A stretch of DNA of 64,000 nucleotides from Octopus vulgaris. Lineage: Eukaryota. The notes under the pieces were generated by a model. That model was not told where the DNA came from. It saw nothing but the letters and a program-made list of their open reading frames with translations, and ran no database searches. Position numbers and translations under genes: made by a program. This document shows, in pieces, positions 40,490 through 54,234 of this stretch (the first letter of the stretch is position 1; each line of letters opens with the position of its first letter). The stretch covers positions 28,272,001-28,336,000 of the forward strand of contig OX597824.1 in NCBI GenBank assembly GCA_951406725.2. Reading direction: 5' to 3'.

Positions 40490-40650
40490 TTGTATTTTTT
40501 CCGCCATCTTTCTCTACGATCCTTGAATCAAAGGGATATGATGGATCAATTAGTAAGCAACTTTGCTTTTTCCTGACTATTATTATGTCTGGTCTATTAT
40601 TTTCTAGTTTCTTGTCCATTTGATTACAAAAGTTCCACGGAATCTTAAAA
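40490..40650 (-). mobile_element. R4/Dong RLE fragment, same family as 38600-39081, inverted
   Basis: Minus strand KIPWNFCNQMDKKLENNRPDIIIVRKKQSCLLIDPSYPFDSRIVEK. Confidence 0.85.
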
Positions 40651-40783
40651 ATTCGCGTTTGACCCGATGTTTATGCTATGCGTTACCAAATTTAAATTCT
40701 CGTTTCTGGCGAAGCTTCTAGTGTAAAGCTTTTACGTGGTTAAAAAACGACAATCAAAACAGTAAGTGCGTGTGTATATATGT

Positions 40784-40832
<49 letters not shown>

Positions 40833-41104
40833 TGTGTGTGTATGTGCGTGTGTGTGAGTCTATAAGTTTATTTTTGTGTATTCTTGTTCCCCACCATCGC
40901 ATTTGTTGGTGTGTTTACGTCTCCGCAGGTTAGTGGCCCTGCTAAACAACCGTGCGAATAAGCCCCACGTTTTAAAGGTAAGCACTTCTGTGCATTTTGG
41001 TCGATTAAAGCCAAGGAAATGCTAAATTATGGCCGCGGTCTGGTGACTTTAAAAAAATAATGATAATGATACGCCACAACGCTATGCATATGCTTATGGA
41101 TCAC

Positions 41105-41249
41105 AACAATTTGATTCAAATTCGTTGGTATCCTTGAGGTTCAAGCGTGATGCTACTCGTCAACCATTTTGCATTTCAAATACAAAATGGCTGACGACAA
41201 GCATCACGCTTGAAACTCAAAAGTACTAACGAATTTGAATCAAACTGTT
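41105..41249. repeat. About 145-bp fold-back with a hammerhead-like motif in each arm
   Basis: Arms 41105-41176 and 41178-41249; right arm TGG-CTGACGA-C-AAGC-ATCAC-GCTT-GAAA-CTCAAAA-GTA-CTA. Confidence 0.8.
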
Positions 41250-41349
41250 TTGCTCTATACATGTAACTCCCAATAAATTTATTGAGTGACCTTTTTCGTT
41301 TATCCTATCACTGGTTATACAAACAAGCATTGATTCATATATACACGCA

Positions 41350-41402
<53 letters not shown>

Positions 41403-42368
41403 GAAATCAAAGATGACAGAGCGAAAGATGTTGAAATGATATGATTTACAAATAATGGTGCAATGTATCGAACGTATTTGTCTGTTATAATATGTCAGTG
41501 TGATGTAAAAACCACTTTACGACTCTATGTTCACATAGTATTAACCTTGTTTATTTGTATTTCTGAATTTACGAACGCACGCACACACACACACACATAG
41601 AAACACACACGCAGATATTTTTACGTGTTTATATAGATATCTGCATGTGAATCTGTGTATGTATATATATGTGTGTGTATTCGTCGGTGTTTATGAAGAA
41701 TTGTATGTCTCAGTGCACATGGCATTAACTTTGTAAAATACACACATGCGGCGCGGAACAAGAAGTATGATAATGTGTTGTATATTGTACAAAGAACGAT
41801 TAACATTTTCGAAGCAATCTCAGTATAATAATACTGTGCCTATCTACATATACTGTGTCAAAACAGCGCTGGGTCGCTGCAGAAAACGTAGTACCGACTA
41901 TAGTCAAGCCTAGCTGTTGGTGGTGATGGAATATTGTATGCTTAGCTTCAGCGGAAATGGCAGGAAATTGAGCCGCTTCCTTTAGTGTCAGAACGTAATA
42001 AATGAAGCTGTCTTGATAATGAAGAAGTACGTGTGTGTATAAAACTAATAATTGTACGGTGGATTTAAAACGTTAGGCGAACAGATAAGTGACAAGAAAA
42101 ACAGAAGCCTGTGTAATTGATGCGAATTGTGTTGTTGAATGCATCAATGAAAATGGAGCTTAGCAGAGAGAATATGTACGCTCGTATACATACATTAAGA
42201 AATAAGCATACACAAACGTACATACATACATACATGCATACACACATACAAAATTCAATACATCTGTATTGTATGTGCGTGTGTGTGTAGATGTAAGTAT
42301 ATATATATATAGAGAGAGAGACATGCATACACACACATATATATATGTTGGTATAAATAAATAAATAA

Positions 42369-42401
<33 letters not shown>

Positions 42402-42438
42402 GACATGCATACACACACATATATATATGTTGGTATAA

Positions 42439-42538
<100 letters not shown>

Positions 42539-43348
42539 TTATGTGTATAAATATCTGTGTGTGCAGATCGTAGCATGCATACATAACTGTTTAGATACAC
42601 AGAAAGGTTTTCGCTAAATGATATAAACTGCACAGAAATGATGTGTCTGAGATAATGGTAAAGGATTATGGAGTATTTTCTGCTCGAACAAAAAAAAAAC
42701 ATACCAATTCATACACTCAGAATCATAGAGCATGTTGTGTACTTGTGTGGGTGGCTGTGTGTGCATGAGTGTGTGGGTGTGTGCATGTTTCTTCTGTGTG
42801 TTTGCGTGATTGTATGTTTGCATGTATGCATGTCTATATATGGGCATATCTGTGACTCAATATTCGAAGAGTTCATATAAATCAACTAGGAACCAATAAC
42901 AGTCAATAGTAATTGAGCTTCTACATGGGCGTCACTCGCAATCAATTCTCTTCATCTCTGTCTCACACTGCACAGTTCCTCTTCACACACTTCTGACACT
43001 TTTCCCCTGCATTCATTAACACTCTGCTTTTCAGATTTAGTTAAATACTAATGATTAGGGATTAGTGAAGGCGCGTGGATTTATTGTTGGTGTTTTCGGC
43101 TCACGAATCGACCTTCTCACTGGCCAATAGGGATAAACAACACTCAGCTAAACATCCACCAATTAATGTTATATCGCCTGAAGAAATGAATCCTCGAAGA
43201 TCATCCACCGGGATGATCACGTGTACTACGGCCTACACCGTAATCGTCCTAGGAATACAGACTGTGATCTGTGGAAATGCGCGTAACGATGCATTAAATA
43301 TTTCTTAATTCCATCCAAGCATTATTGTCATTATACATACATACATAC

Positions 43349-43426
<78 letters not shown>

Positions 43427-44979
43427 ACTTTAGGGTCGGTCAGATGGGGGAGCGAATGAAACCTTTAGATAAAATTATGTCACCAATGGCTTCTTCATCA
43501 TAAATATATGATCTTAACCATCTCAAGATGAGCTCATGTGTCTAAATATACCCCCATCCCTACTGGGCTCCTGAGAAAAACATAAATAGTTGCGTATAGA
43601 ACACAAAATTAACGATTGCAGGCAAACTAATGGACATAATCGGTTGCATTTCCCTTTTCTAAATGTGTTGTTCATGACCACTTTACAGGGGATCCGGCAG
43701 AGGGAACATTTAACCTACTCTCGCTATAGCGGGAACGAGGGGTTAAAGGGTTGTCCTATGATTCCACGCCGAAACAAGAACTCGTTAATTTGTACAACTA
43801 AACTAAATTTGCGACTAGTTGGCTTGCAAAAGATTTCTAATCTGCACTGTTATGACTAACATGGAAACGTCTGATATACTTCTGACCTATTTTTGATTCA
43901 AGATTAATCCTAATTCTTAAACGCCGCATGGGGTAAATTCCAGGGTTCGAATAGACTTTCGGTAGTAGTTGCGTAAGATGACTGAGTACCTTTTTTTCCT
44001 CTCCGAGAGAAATCTATTTATATTCGTCCTGGACAAAATATTATGGTTACTATCGCACCCTTTCTATACTAAACCATTAAATAGACGTATTTGATAAGAT
44101 AAAACGACTATACAGGCAATATTCACAGTAGGAACATCAATATTAAAAAAAAGTCTAGCAATAAACAAACAAGAGTTTTTTTGCGCTTAGAATAAAATAG
44201 AAATTATTCGCAGCTTTCAATATTACTCAATACAATACCAAATGCTAGCAAAAACGTAAGAGCCATCAAGTTATAAAAACATTCTTGTAATAAACAATAG
44301 TTTTAGTGTTATAAATCTGAGGCTGATCGAACTAGATTAGATTATATTGAAAAACAGAAGAGAATTAGTGACATTTACAAACCTTTACTTAAAATCTTTC
44401 ATTGCCGAGTTATTTTATTTATAAGAAAAGTATTAGAAGAGAATTCTTGCTAAGAGAAAAAAAGAATAAAAAACAAAGATTAGGGATGAATTATTTGTGT
44501 ATGGAAGAGAAAGCATCGCAATAATAAAGCTAAAATTTAAATATAATGGACAATGTGAGAATTTTATTTATTTATTTACTTATATATTTATTTATTTATT
44601 TATTTGCAATTTGAAATTCTGAAGCTGTATGACGAATGCACAACGGGGATGATATATTGAAGGAAATAAAAAGTGAGTATTTACAAGAAAGAATAACGCT
44701 AATTAGTTATATAAAAGCATTATGTGTGTAAGAATATACAAAATGTAGCCCCCTCCTTAGCATGAAAAAAAAAACAACGAAAAAAACATCTGCGTGCTTA
44801 GTCGGCATCACCAGAACATGAAAGAATGTCTCTGATGCTTGGGTTTAAAACCTGAAATAAATACATCCTCTATAGATACAAAAGGTCAGTGACGGGTCAC
44901 AGACTTCAAACTAATTGTATATATATATATACATATATGGGTGCATACAAGCGTATATAAATATGTATATATATATACC

Positions 44980-45029
<50 letters not shown>

Positions 45030-45075
45030 TATATATATACATATAAATATATATATATATATATATATAAGTATG

Positions 45076-45151
<76 letters not shown>

Positions 45152-45479
45152 TATGAATGTGTTGTTTCCCCATGGATGGTACGCATTCCTATAAAGGGAG
45201 TCACGTGTCCAGACGGTACATTTTTGCCAGGGCAGTTAGTTCCAGCTGCCGTCTTTGTCACCAAGAATGTCTTAGTATCACAAAAGAGAACAAATTGGAT
45301 GAGGCAGTCATGGGAAAGCTCTACTATTTCTGCTACCCAAAACGGAACAGACTTGAGGATGGAAAGAAAGAGCATGATGATTAGAAGGAGTGTGAATGGG
45401 AGGATGAAGAGGTGGAGGTGGAAATGATGTATTAAAAGAACAAGAACAATATCAACAAGATAGTAGCAGTTGTCGTCGT

Positions 45480-45482
45480 GGA

Positions 45483-45522
<40 letters not shown>

Positions 45523-45778
45523 ACTGTGATCTCTATCATAATCATGATGATAACGATGATCATGATGAAGACGAAGACGACGATAGTGATGATGACAACG
45601 ATGATGATGGTGGTGGTCGACGTCGTCGTAGTGAAGCTGATGCTGGTGATAATGACGACGATTATAATGGTGATGGTGATGATGATGACGGCGACGACGA
45701 GAACGACAATGAAGATGATGGTGAAAGTTGTGGGGTGGGATGGGGGCGGGGTGGGGTGAGGATGATTATGATGGTGAA

Positions 45779-45854
<76 letters not shown>

Positions 45855-45890
45855 GTGATGATGGGGATGCAGATGATGATTCTGAAGCTG
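45480..45890. repeat. (GAT)n-rich low-complexity region
   Basis: Directly visible; source of the poly-D/M/H ORFs. Confidence 0.95.
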
Positions 45891-46149
45891 ACGAGGAGAA
45901 TGGTGAAAATCATGTTGATTATGGTCTTTGGTTACCATTCTTGAAGGTTGATCATTCGCATGCACATGGATACGTCACTCGGTATACATCCATTTTGAGG
46001 CCTCCGTTAGGTTTCCAGACTTTATGGAATAGAAGGCATTGAAAGGTGTGCACAGTTATATAGGCAGAATAGTTGGGGGGAAGTTCGTTTATCATGGGTC
46101 CGGTCTGTCACAAACTGTGAAGCCAAAAAGGTCACTGAGATTCACCTTC

Positions 46150-46400
46150 TCTTTAGCAACATTGTTTAATCTCTATTGAATCTTGCAACTCTTATCCTGG
46201 CCTCCTCAAACGCTTTCACTCCTTTTCACACATCCAGATCGATCTGAAGCAAAGATTTCTACGGCCTTTGTATACCTTCCAAGTAATTTCATATTAGACC
46301 CGATGCCGTCCTTAAACCACTTGTGAGGTTTACACTCAATGCATTTCACCTCTGCAAGCTCTCCATAATACAGCTGTTTGGGCGTGCGTTCAACAGTCAT
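46150..46400 (-). mobile_element. RTE-clade LINE 3' coding fragment
   Basis: RTPKQLYYGELAEVKC...WFKDGI..NMK...ASDRSG resembles the RTE/BovB-type C-terminal 'R.PKQL.YGEL...R....KRFKD' motif. Confidence 0.75.
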
Positions 46401-46862
46401 TCGAAAAATATCAATATGGCCAGACCATCACATATACATATATATGATAGGTTTCTTTCGATATCCTTCCATGAAATCCACTCACATGTCTTTCGTCGGT
46501 CCGAGAGTATAGTAGAAGACACCTGCCTAAGTTGCCACGCAGTGGGACTGAACCCAGGCGATGTGGTTGAGTATGTACTTTCGTTCCACATTTCTACGCC
46601 TGCCCTCTATTTCTGTCCACTCTACAATACTTACTGAGATAATGTTTTCACTGTGCGACGCATATTTCTGATATAGAACTTAGCGATGCATTACCATATA
46701 CACATAATTGTGTACATGGGTGTTTGCATGCTCCTTTGCATGTGTGTACCCAATTTCGTGTTGGCATGTATATAAATACATACATACAAGCTTAGAAATA
46801 TAGATAGAGACACGTGTGCGGTTGTACATCCATATGTTTATTAATACATATATATTATAAAA

Positions 46863-47088
46863 GGTGGCGAGCTGGCAGAAACGTTAGAACGCCGGGCGAA
46901 ATGCGTTGTATTTCGTCTGCCGTTACGTTCCGAGTTCAAATTCCGCCGAGGTTGACTTTGCCTTTCATCCTTCCGGGGTCGATAAATTAAGTACCAGTTA
47001 CGCACTGGGGACGATGTAATCGACTTAATCCGTTTGTCTGTCCTTGTTTGTCTCCTCTGTGTTTAGCCCCTTGTGGGTAGTAAAGAAA
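46863..47088 (+). mobile_element. Full monomeric Meta-domain-type tRNA SINE, tail 1
   Basis: GGTGGCGAGCTGGCAGAAACGTTAG...GAGTTCAAATTCC...GCCTTTCATCCTTCCGGGGTCGATAAATTAAGTACCAG...CCCTTGTGGGTAGTAAAGAAA. Confidence 0.9.
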
Positions 47089-47414
47089 CATATATATATC
47101 TTTAAGCAGGCATGGCCAAGTGGTTAGGAAGTTGCACTCACAATCGCGAGATCATCATTTCAATTCCTAGACCAGGTGTTACGTTGTATTCTTGAGCACT
47201 CTGTCTTGGAACAACTTCATCTCCTGCTGCTCTGCGATCGTTCTGACATCTGAAGCGTGAAACATCGTGCACCTGCTCAGACAACGTCGATTTGATGAAC
47301 AGAGCGAGTTGAAGTGCGATACGAATATTTCATCACTATTAGCAAATCATTTGTGCAGATTGTCCAGCAAAATGCTGAACACTCATACGTCATCTTCGAC
47401 TGGAGTGCCATTTA

Positions 47415-47638
<224 letters not shown>

Positions 47639-47763
47639 CAATATATATACTGAACTTTACAGAAGTTCCTGCCGGTAATCGGCTATATTTACATACCGAA
47701 TTCTACCAGTAAATAATTGGGGTTTTTTTAAAAGCCTTTATAGAAATTATCTACTCTTATCAT

Positions 47764-47811
<48 letters not shown>

Positions 47812-47814
<3 letters not shown>

Positions 47815-47990
47815 TAGAATTTACAAAAAATAAACAAAACAAAAGACAAAGACGAATGTGTAAACAACAAACAGATGTATTAGTTTAACGCTCGGGATGC
47901 GAGCAAGTCTTTTACATTTCGAGCCTTCGCTCTTCAACAGAAAAGAATACAGAAATAAACAAAGAGAGAAAGTATAAAAGAGGTTTAGAG
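47812..47990 (-). mobile_element. Short (TA)n-embedded repeat with hammerhead-like variant motif (related copy at about 52380-52540)
   Basis: Minus strand TCTTTT-CTGTTGAA-GAGC-GAAG-GCTC-GAAA-TG-TA-AAAGA. Confidence 0.55.
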
Positions 47991-48112
47991 GCTTGCGAAT
48001 GTATATATATATCCATTTATCCGTCTGTCTATCTATCAATATATGTGATTTTATATAATCACACACGCACACACACACATTAATATATATATGGAAATAC
48101 TATTGCACACAG

Positions 48113-48146
<34 letters not shown>

Positions 48147-49325
48147 GTATACATGCATGTATGTATGCATGCATGTATGTATATGCGTTGTATATACTTA
48201 TGTGTGTATGTGTGTGATTGTATGTACGTTTGTAATTATGTGTGAGGAGAAACAATCTGATTGATAGACAAAAAGATAGATAAATAGATAGATAAATAGA
48301 TAGATAGATAGGTAGGTAGGTAGGTAGGTAGGTAGGTATGTATGTAGGTAGGTAGGTAGGTAGGTAGGTAGGTAGGTAGGTAGAGATAGATATATAGAGA
48401 GAGAGACAGAGAGAGAGAGAGGGAGAGAGAGGGAGAGAGAGGGAGGGAGAGGGAGAGAGAGGGAGGGAGAGGGAGAGAGAGAGGGGACAGACAGACAGAT
48501 AATCAGACAGCCGACACATAGATGGATAGATACGGCTTCCGGGATATAATTACAAACACAGACAAGCAGACAATTATGTACAGAAATATTGCAAAACAAT
48601 ACACGCAATATATGAGGAAAAGATAATAATGAGAGGATTATAGAGAGTGAGAAAGATACAATACACTTTAGGGAGAGGGAGAGAGACAGAAAGAGAGCCA
48701 GAGAAATATGAGGCAATTTATAGAGGAAGACAAAAAGCGATAGTTCGTCTAGTGCGATTAACTTGCAACTTGTTGACAAGTAATGAGTATAGAGTGTGTC
48801 TCTGTTATGGCCGTCTGCGCCTGGGCGTGTTTGGATGCGCTTCTTTCTGTGTGCCTTACTGTTCTGTATATAACTGCATGTTACTGTATGTTCTGTGTGA
48901 CTGCATGTTTGTAAGATGTTCGCTTTCCACCGGCGTAGTTCCAAATTCAATCTCACTGCCAGCCACCGTGGAGCCCCGAGCAACTGTCTCGTAATATAGC
49001 CCTGTGCCAATCAAAAGCATTATGAGTGGATTTGGTAGATGGAAAAGGAAAGAAGGCCTTCGTATGCATTCGTCTGTGTGTGTGTGTGTGTGTGTGTGTG
49101 TTTCTCTGCCACCCCGGCTTGACAACTGCTAACGGCCTACATTCCTGTGACAGCGATTCAGGTCGATTCTTTCGATTATACACCCTTCAAGACGTTGCTC
49201 TAGTTTGGCCGCAGCCAATATCTCACACATGGAGAAAAAAGATACAAACATACACATACACGCATATATACACATACTTACATATATATATGTATATATG
49301 TGTGCGTGGATTTATATATACATGC

Positions 49326-49366
<41 letters not shown>

Positions 49367-49378
49367 TATATATGTCTT

Positions 49379-49472
<94 letters not shown>

Positions 49473-50098
49473 GAGTGACATAGCCATATATACTTATATA
49501 TACACAGGCATGTATATGTATATATACGTGTGTGTATGTATATATATATATATATGTGTTTGTGTGTATATACATACGTATATACATATATGTGTGTGTA
49601 TGTGTGTATATATATATGTATATATGTATATATATATATTTATATATATATATATGTATATATATATGTATATATGTAAACATAGTAAAAAGGCGATAAA
49701 ATAAATTATTATTGCCTGTGATCTAGCAAAAAAGACATTTTAGCCATAGGCTATATGTTATTCATATATAAGTACATTAAAAGGCTTCTAAAAGAAGAAG
49801 TGAGTACTAGATACACAAAAGTTGGATAAATTTAGTGAAATGAAAATTAAAAACGTTTACAAACTCGCTTCATCTTATACTGCAGTTTCGTCTTTTCAGC
49901 ATTAAATATAATTTATCTGCTCAGGTCAGATGCTTCAGTAAGCAACCTGTTATCCGAGAAGTACATATCAATAGAAGCATGTGCGACTCTACTGATTTGT
50001 CGGGTATGTTCTGCGTCTGCGCAATGATCTGAAAAGTTAGAGAATGCAAATCAGTAGAGTCGCACATGCTTCTATTGATATGTACTTCTAGGATAACA

Positions 50099-50180
50099 GG
50101 TTGCTTACTGAAGAATCTGACCTGAGCAGATAAATTATATTTAATGCTGAAAAAGACGAAACTGCAGTATAAGATGAACC
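50099..50180 (+). ncRNA. Type-I hammerhead motif, tandem copy 1
   Basis: GGTTGCTTA-CTGAAGA(50108-50114)-ATCT...AGAC-GAAA(50158-50161)-CTGCAG-TA-TAAGATGAACC; stem III palindrome ACTGCAGT; first stem II pair is A-C. Confidence 0.65.
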
Positions 50181-50525
50181 GAGTTTGTAAACGTTTTTAA
50201 TTTTCATTTCACTAAATTTATCCAACTTTAGTGTATCTAGTACTCACTTCTTCTTTTAGAAGCCTTTTAATGTACTTATATATGAATAACATATAGCCTA
50301 TGGCTAAAATGTCTTTTTTGCTAGATCACCGGCAATAATAATTTATTTTATCGCCTTTTTACTATGTTTACATATTTCTCGATAAATTTTGACCGTTAGA
50401 CCCTATACCAGAACCCCCTCTGTTTGTCGGGTATGTTCTGCGTCTGCACAATGATCTGAAAAGTTAGAGGATGCAAATCAGTAGAGTCGCACATGCTTCT
50501 ATAGATATGTACTTCTAGGATAACA

Positions 50526-50607
50526 GGTTGCTTACTGAAGAATCTGACCTGAGCAGATAAATTATATTTAATGCTAAAAAAGACGAAACTGCAGTATAAG
50601 ATGAACC
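50526..50607 (+). ncRNA. Type-I hammerhead motif, tandem copy 2
   Basis: Same as copy 1: CTGAAGA 50535-50541, GAAA 50585-50588, GTA 50594-50596. Confidence 0.65.
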
Positions 50608-50691
50608 GAGTTTGTAAACGTTTTTAATTTTCATTTCACTAAATTTATCCAACTTTTGTGTATCTAGTACTCACTTCTTCTTTTAGAAGCC

Positions 50692-50740
<49 letters not shown>

Positions 50741-50918
50741 ATGTGGACATACATACGCACACACACACGCTCGCACACACTCGCACACACTCGCACACGC
50801 AACACAAATATATACATGGTCGCAATCTAATGACTTAAAGAAGGAAAAAATAAATGATAAAGATATATAAACATATGTATGCATGTATCAATGTATGTAT
50901 GTTTATATGCACGGAAAC

Positions 50919-50978
<60 letters not shown>

Positions 50979-51550
50979 ATGTATATATATATATATACAT
51001 ATATATATTTAGGGGTGTCATAGGTAATGGTTATAGGGAGGAAGGGTGGATCGAGACGGGGATGAAATACGATGAGCGTTAATCAGACGCAAGCGTCTGT
51101 GTTTAAATGAAAGTATAACACTGTGTGCGGGTTATTCACGTGTGAAACTTACATGAAAACCAAAGAAAATGAAATCTAGAAGCGCTGCAAATTCAACAAC
51201 AACACATACAGCAACAAATATTATAATAAGGACATCGATTGTGATCACGGCGATGGCAACTAACACGATAGAAAATACAATAAGCAAATAATGAATGAGA
51301 TAACTGAATATAATAACAAGAAGATTGACAACAGAAATATGAAGAAAATAAAGATATCGATCCGAGTAGGCAATAGAACGAACAGAAGAAATGTAACGAA
51401 ATCGAGGAAAATGATGTTTACTGAAAAACGAAAAGAATTTGAGAGTTGAAGTTGAGGAGATAATTGACTGAGAAAGTGAAATAAATTAGGAAAATGAATG
51501 AGATAAATACGAGACCTGTTTGTGTTTAGGGAATTGTTTTCTGTGTGTGT

Positions 51551-51598
<48 letters not shown>

Positions 51599-51630
51599 AA
51601 TTTGAGGTTAAATTCTGCGTACAGGATATA

Positions 51631-51753
51631 CGAGGGGTGTATGAAAAGTCTTGAGCCTCAAAAAAAGCAAAACATGGTACCAGACTTCTAATGTAGGTGC
51701 CAGACTTCAGGCTCAAAGGTCTTGAAGGCTCAAATCTATTAATACAGCCCTCG
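51631..51753. mobile_element. Tc1/mariner-type MITE, 123 bp
   Basis: Left TA|CGAGGGGTGTATGAAAAGTCTTGAGCCT; right end is the reverse complement of CGAGGGCTGTATTAATAGATTTGAGCCT followed by TA. Confidence 0.75.
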
Positions 51754-51822
51754 TATGCAACAGCCATAAAAAACAGAGTTGGAATTTCTTTGAATAATAT
51801 ATATCCGTCTATATACAATCAT

Positions 51823-52119
51823 GTGGAGGTGCAATGGCCCAGAGGTTAAGGCAACGGACTCGCGGTCGTAGGATCGCGGTTTCGATTCCCAGATCGGGCG
51901 TTGTGAGTGTTTATTGAGCGAAAACACCTAAAAGCTCCACGACGTTCCGGCAGGGCGTGGTGATCCCTGCTGTACTCTTTCACCACTCTTTCTCACAATC
52001 TTTCCTCTGTTGGCCTGCTCGCTTAGCCAGCGGGGTGGCGTCATTCGAAGCCTAAAACAATGCGAACGCATTGTGACCAGCGATGTGTAACTACATCTGA
52101 TGGACTGGTTGGTCACGTG
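51823..52119 (+). mobile_element. Full-length tRNA-derived SINE, tail type A
   Basis: Colinear with 3236-3541; 12-bp TSD ATATACAATCAT at 51811-51822 and 52120-52131. Confidence 0.92.
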
Positions 52120-52139
52120 ATATACAATCATACAAACCC

Positions 52140-52170
<31 letters not shown>

Positions 52171-53117
52171 AGTTTGTATATGTAAATGTGTTCCCATATG
52201 TATGCATACGTGTGTGCGTCTGCGTGTGCTACTGGATGCACTCGACACGTGACAAACCACAAAGATTTTAGGTGTTGACACTTATATTAATCACTCACCT
52301 TCCGTTTGCACACAGGTATTCCGTATCCCAGGGTTGGCCTCACTAACGCAATACACGATATGTATATTTAAATGTATAAATAACAACAGACAAAGATGGG
52401 TGGGGGAAGACCAAGTAGGCGCATTACTTTGACGCTCACGGAAAATGGAAACGTCTTTGACTTTTCGAGCCTATGCTCTTGGACGGAAAGGGATGAGAGG
52501 AAGAAAAATGGAGAGAGAAAGAGAAAAAAAACGGAGATAGAAAAAATGTCTTTACATATGTGTGTATGCGCGCGCGGGTGTATTTGTATGAGCGTGTGTG
52601 TATACATATATTTGTTCGTATCTTAGTGTACCGATATATAACTCAATGTATGCGTGGAAGCGTGCGTGTTTGTCTGTATTCATGTGTGCGTGTATGCATC
52701 TGTTTCTGTGTGTGTAAAACCACCTAGTAAGTATAAAAACATTGCCCTTAAACTAAAATTAATTATGACGAGCCGTTACCGGTTTGCATACCTTATTGAG
52801 ATCATTTCAAAATCGTCTGTATCACCTAATATATCTTAGAAAAAAAAATAGCCATTCTGTATATTCACACATCAATTGCCGTAGTTTCGTAGAAAAATAG
52901 TTATTTATTTGCAGACTATAAATAGCCTGCCCGTATTTTCAAAGACGTTCTCTTATAAATTCGTATTTATTAAGACTCAGCAGAGGAATATATATCAGAG
53001 ATCTGCACTATGCCTAATTGTTCAAACAACGTTGAAGTAATTGCATTTCACCGTTGATTGAAGGATTGTAACAAGGAATCTTCACTATTAAATATATCTG
53101 TGTCTCATGCATGTATA

Positions 53118-53153
<36 letters not shown>

Positions 53154-53329
53154 GGGGCTGTGTGTGTGTGTGTGTGTGTAAAACACTCTCCACCGCTTGC
53201 AAACACAGGTTGTCTGTATCTGAGGGCAAGTCATGAAGTGACGCAAAATATAAATAGTTCAAAGCACAGATAACAAGTGACAGCACTATAACTGGGTGTA
53301 TAACTGCCTCGTTTCACATGAATATCACC

Positions 53330-53900
53330 GAGACATTGGAAATGTGCAGGCGAATGGCCGAATAGTTGTTGAGAAGTTTCAGAGCAAGGGACCAGGAAAT
53401 TATCCTGGTTTTAAGGAGGAAATTTTTCTTTAGCCATCTGGAAGTACTGCTCTTAACTGTGGTCACCTTATAGTGTCAGATAAATGATAGAACTCGAGGC
53501 AGTTCAGCGATGTTACACCAGGGAGATTGCATCAATGGAACAGCAGAGCTACTGGGAAAGACTGAAACATTTACTACTCTACTCCCCGGAGCGATGACGG
53601 TAGAGGTATGCAGTGATATATGTATGGAGGATCTTGAACGGGCTGGCACCAAAGTTTGGAATCGAGAGCTATATCAGATCCCAAACTGGACATCACTGCA
53701 CTGTTCCAATTGTCCCACCTGTCCCATCAAGACTATGGAACATGTCTTGCAATAGCTTGACATTCAAGAACCCGCAGCTATATAACTCCTTGCTAAAACA
53801 TCAGAAGGATATTTATCGGATGGGTGATAAATGTTTTCAAGAAACAACTTGACCTATCCTATCCAAAGTTCCACATGAAGTGTGAGGACTCAAAAATGGG
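53330..53900 (+). mobile_element. CR1-like LINE ORF2 3' fragment
   Basis: Degenerate HLEYCS.LWSPY...IELEAVQRCYTREI...SYWERLKHLLLYS.ER.R.RY..IYVWRILNGLAP. Confidence 0.8.
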
Positions 53901-54025
53901 CAGTGGTTTCGAACTATTTCCACTAAAAGCCAATAGCCTAGAATTGACCATTAAAGGGGTGATTACACTGACGGTAGCCCAGCATGGTCGCGGCCTTTCG
54001 GGCTGAAACATATAAAAGAATAAAA

Positions 54026-54072
<47 letters not shown>

Positions 54073-54194
54073 AACTTTTACTAAGTAAATTGAGACACTG
54101 TCGTCGACATTTCGGCGTGCTCGCCTTCAGCTTTTCATTTATAACTTGACATGAAAACAGCAAACATCGGTGTGTGTGCACGCTCGCTCACACT

Positions 54195-54234
<40 letters not shown>

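Larger units (their letters stand above)
49672..50698 (+). mobile_element. Penelope pLTR-like or retrozyme-like locus: one inverted copy plus two tandem direct copies (period 427 bp)
   Basis: Inverted arms 49672-49999 and 50047-50375; direct units start at 49996 and 50423; (TA)n on both sides; each copy carries an HHR motif. Confidence 0.8.

Noticed and set aside
44830-44920. CTGATGC...CTTCAAACTAATTGTA as a hammerhead
   Set aside because: Both core boxes mutated and stem I missing
45157-45427. GC-richer segment with ORFs in several frames
   Set aside because: No identifiable protein or element; probably an unrecognised TE fragment
52880-52990. Minus-strand CTGCTGAG...CGAAAC
   Set aside because: Core mismatch, no NUH triplet, no stem I
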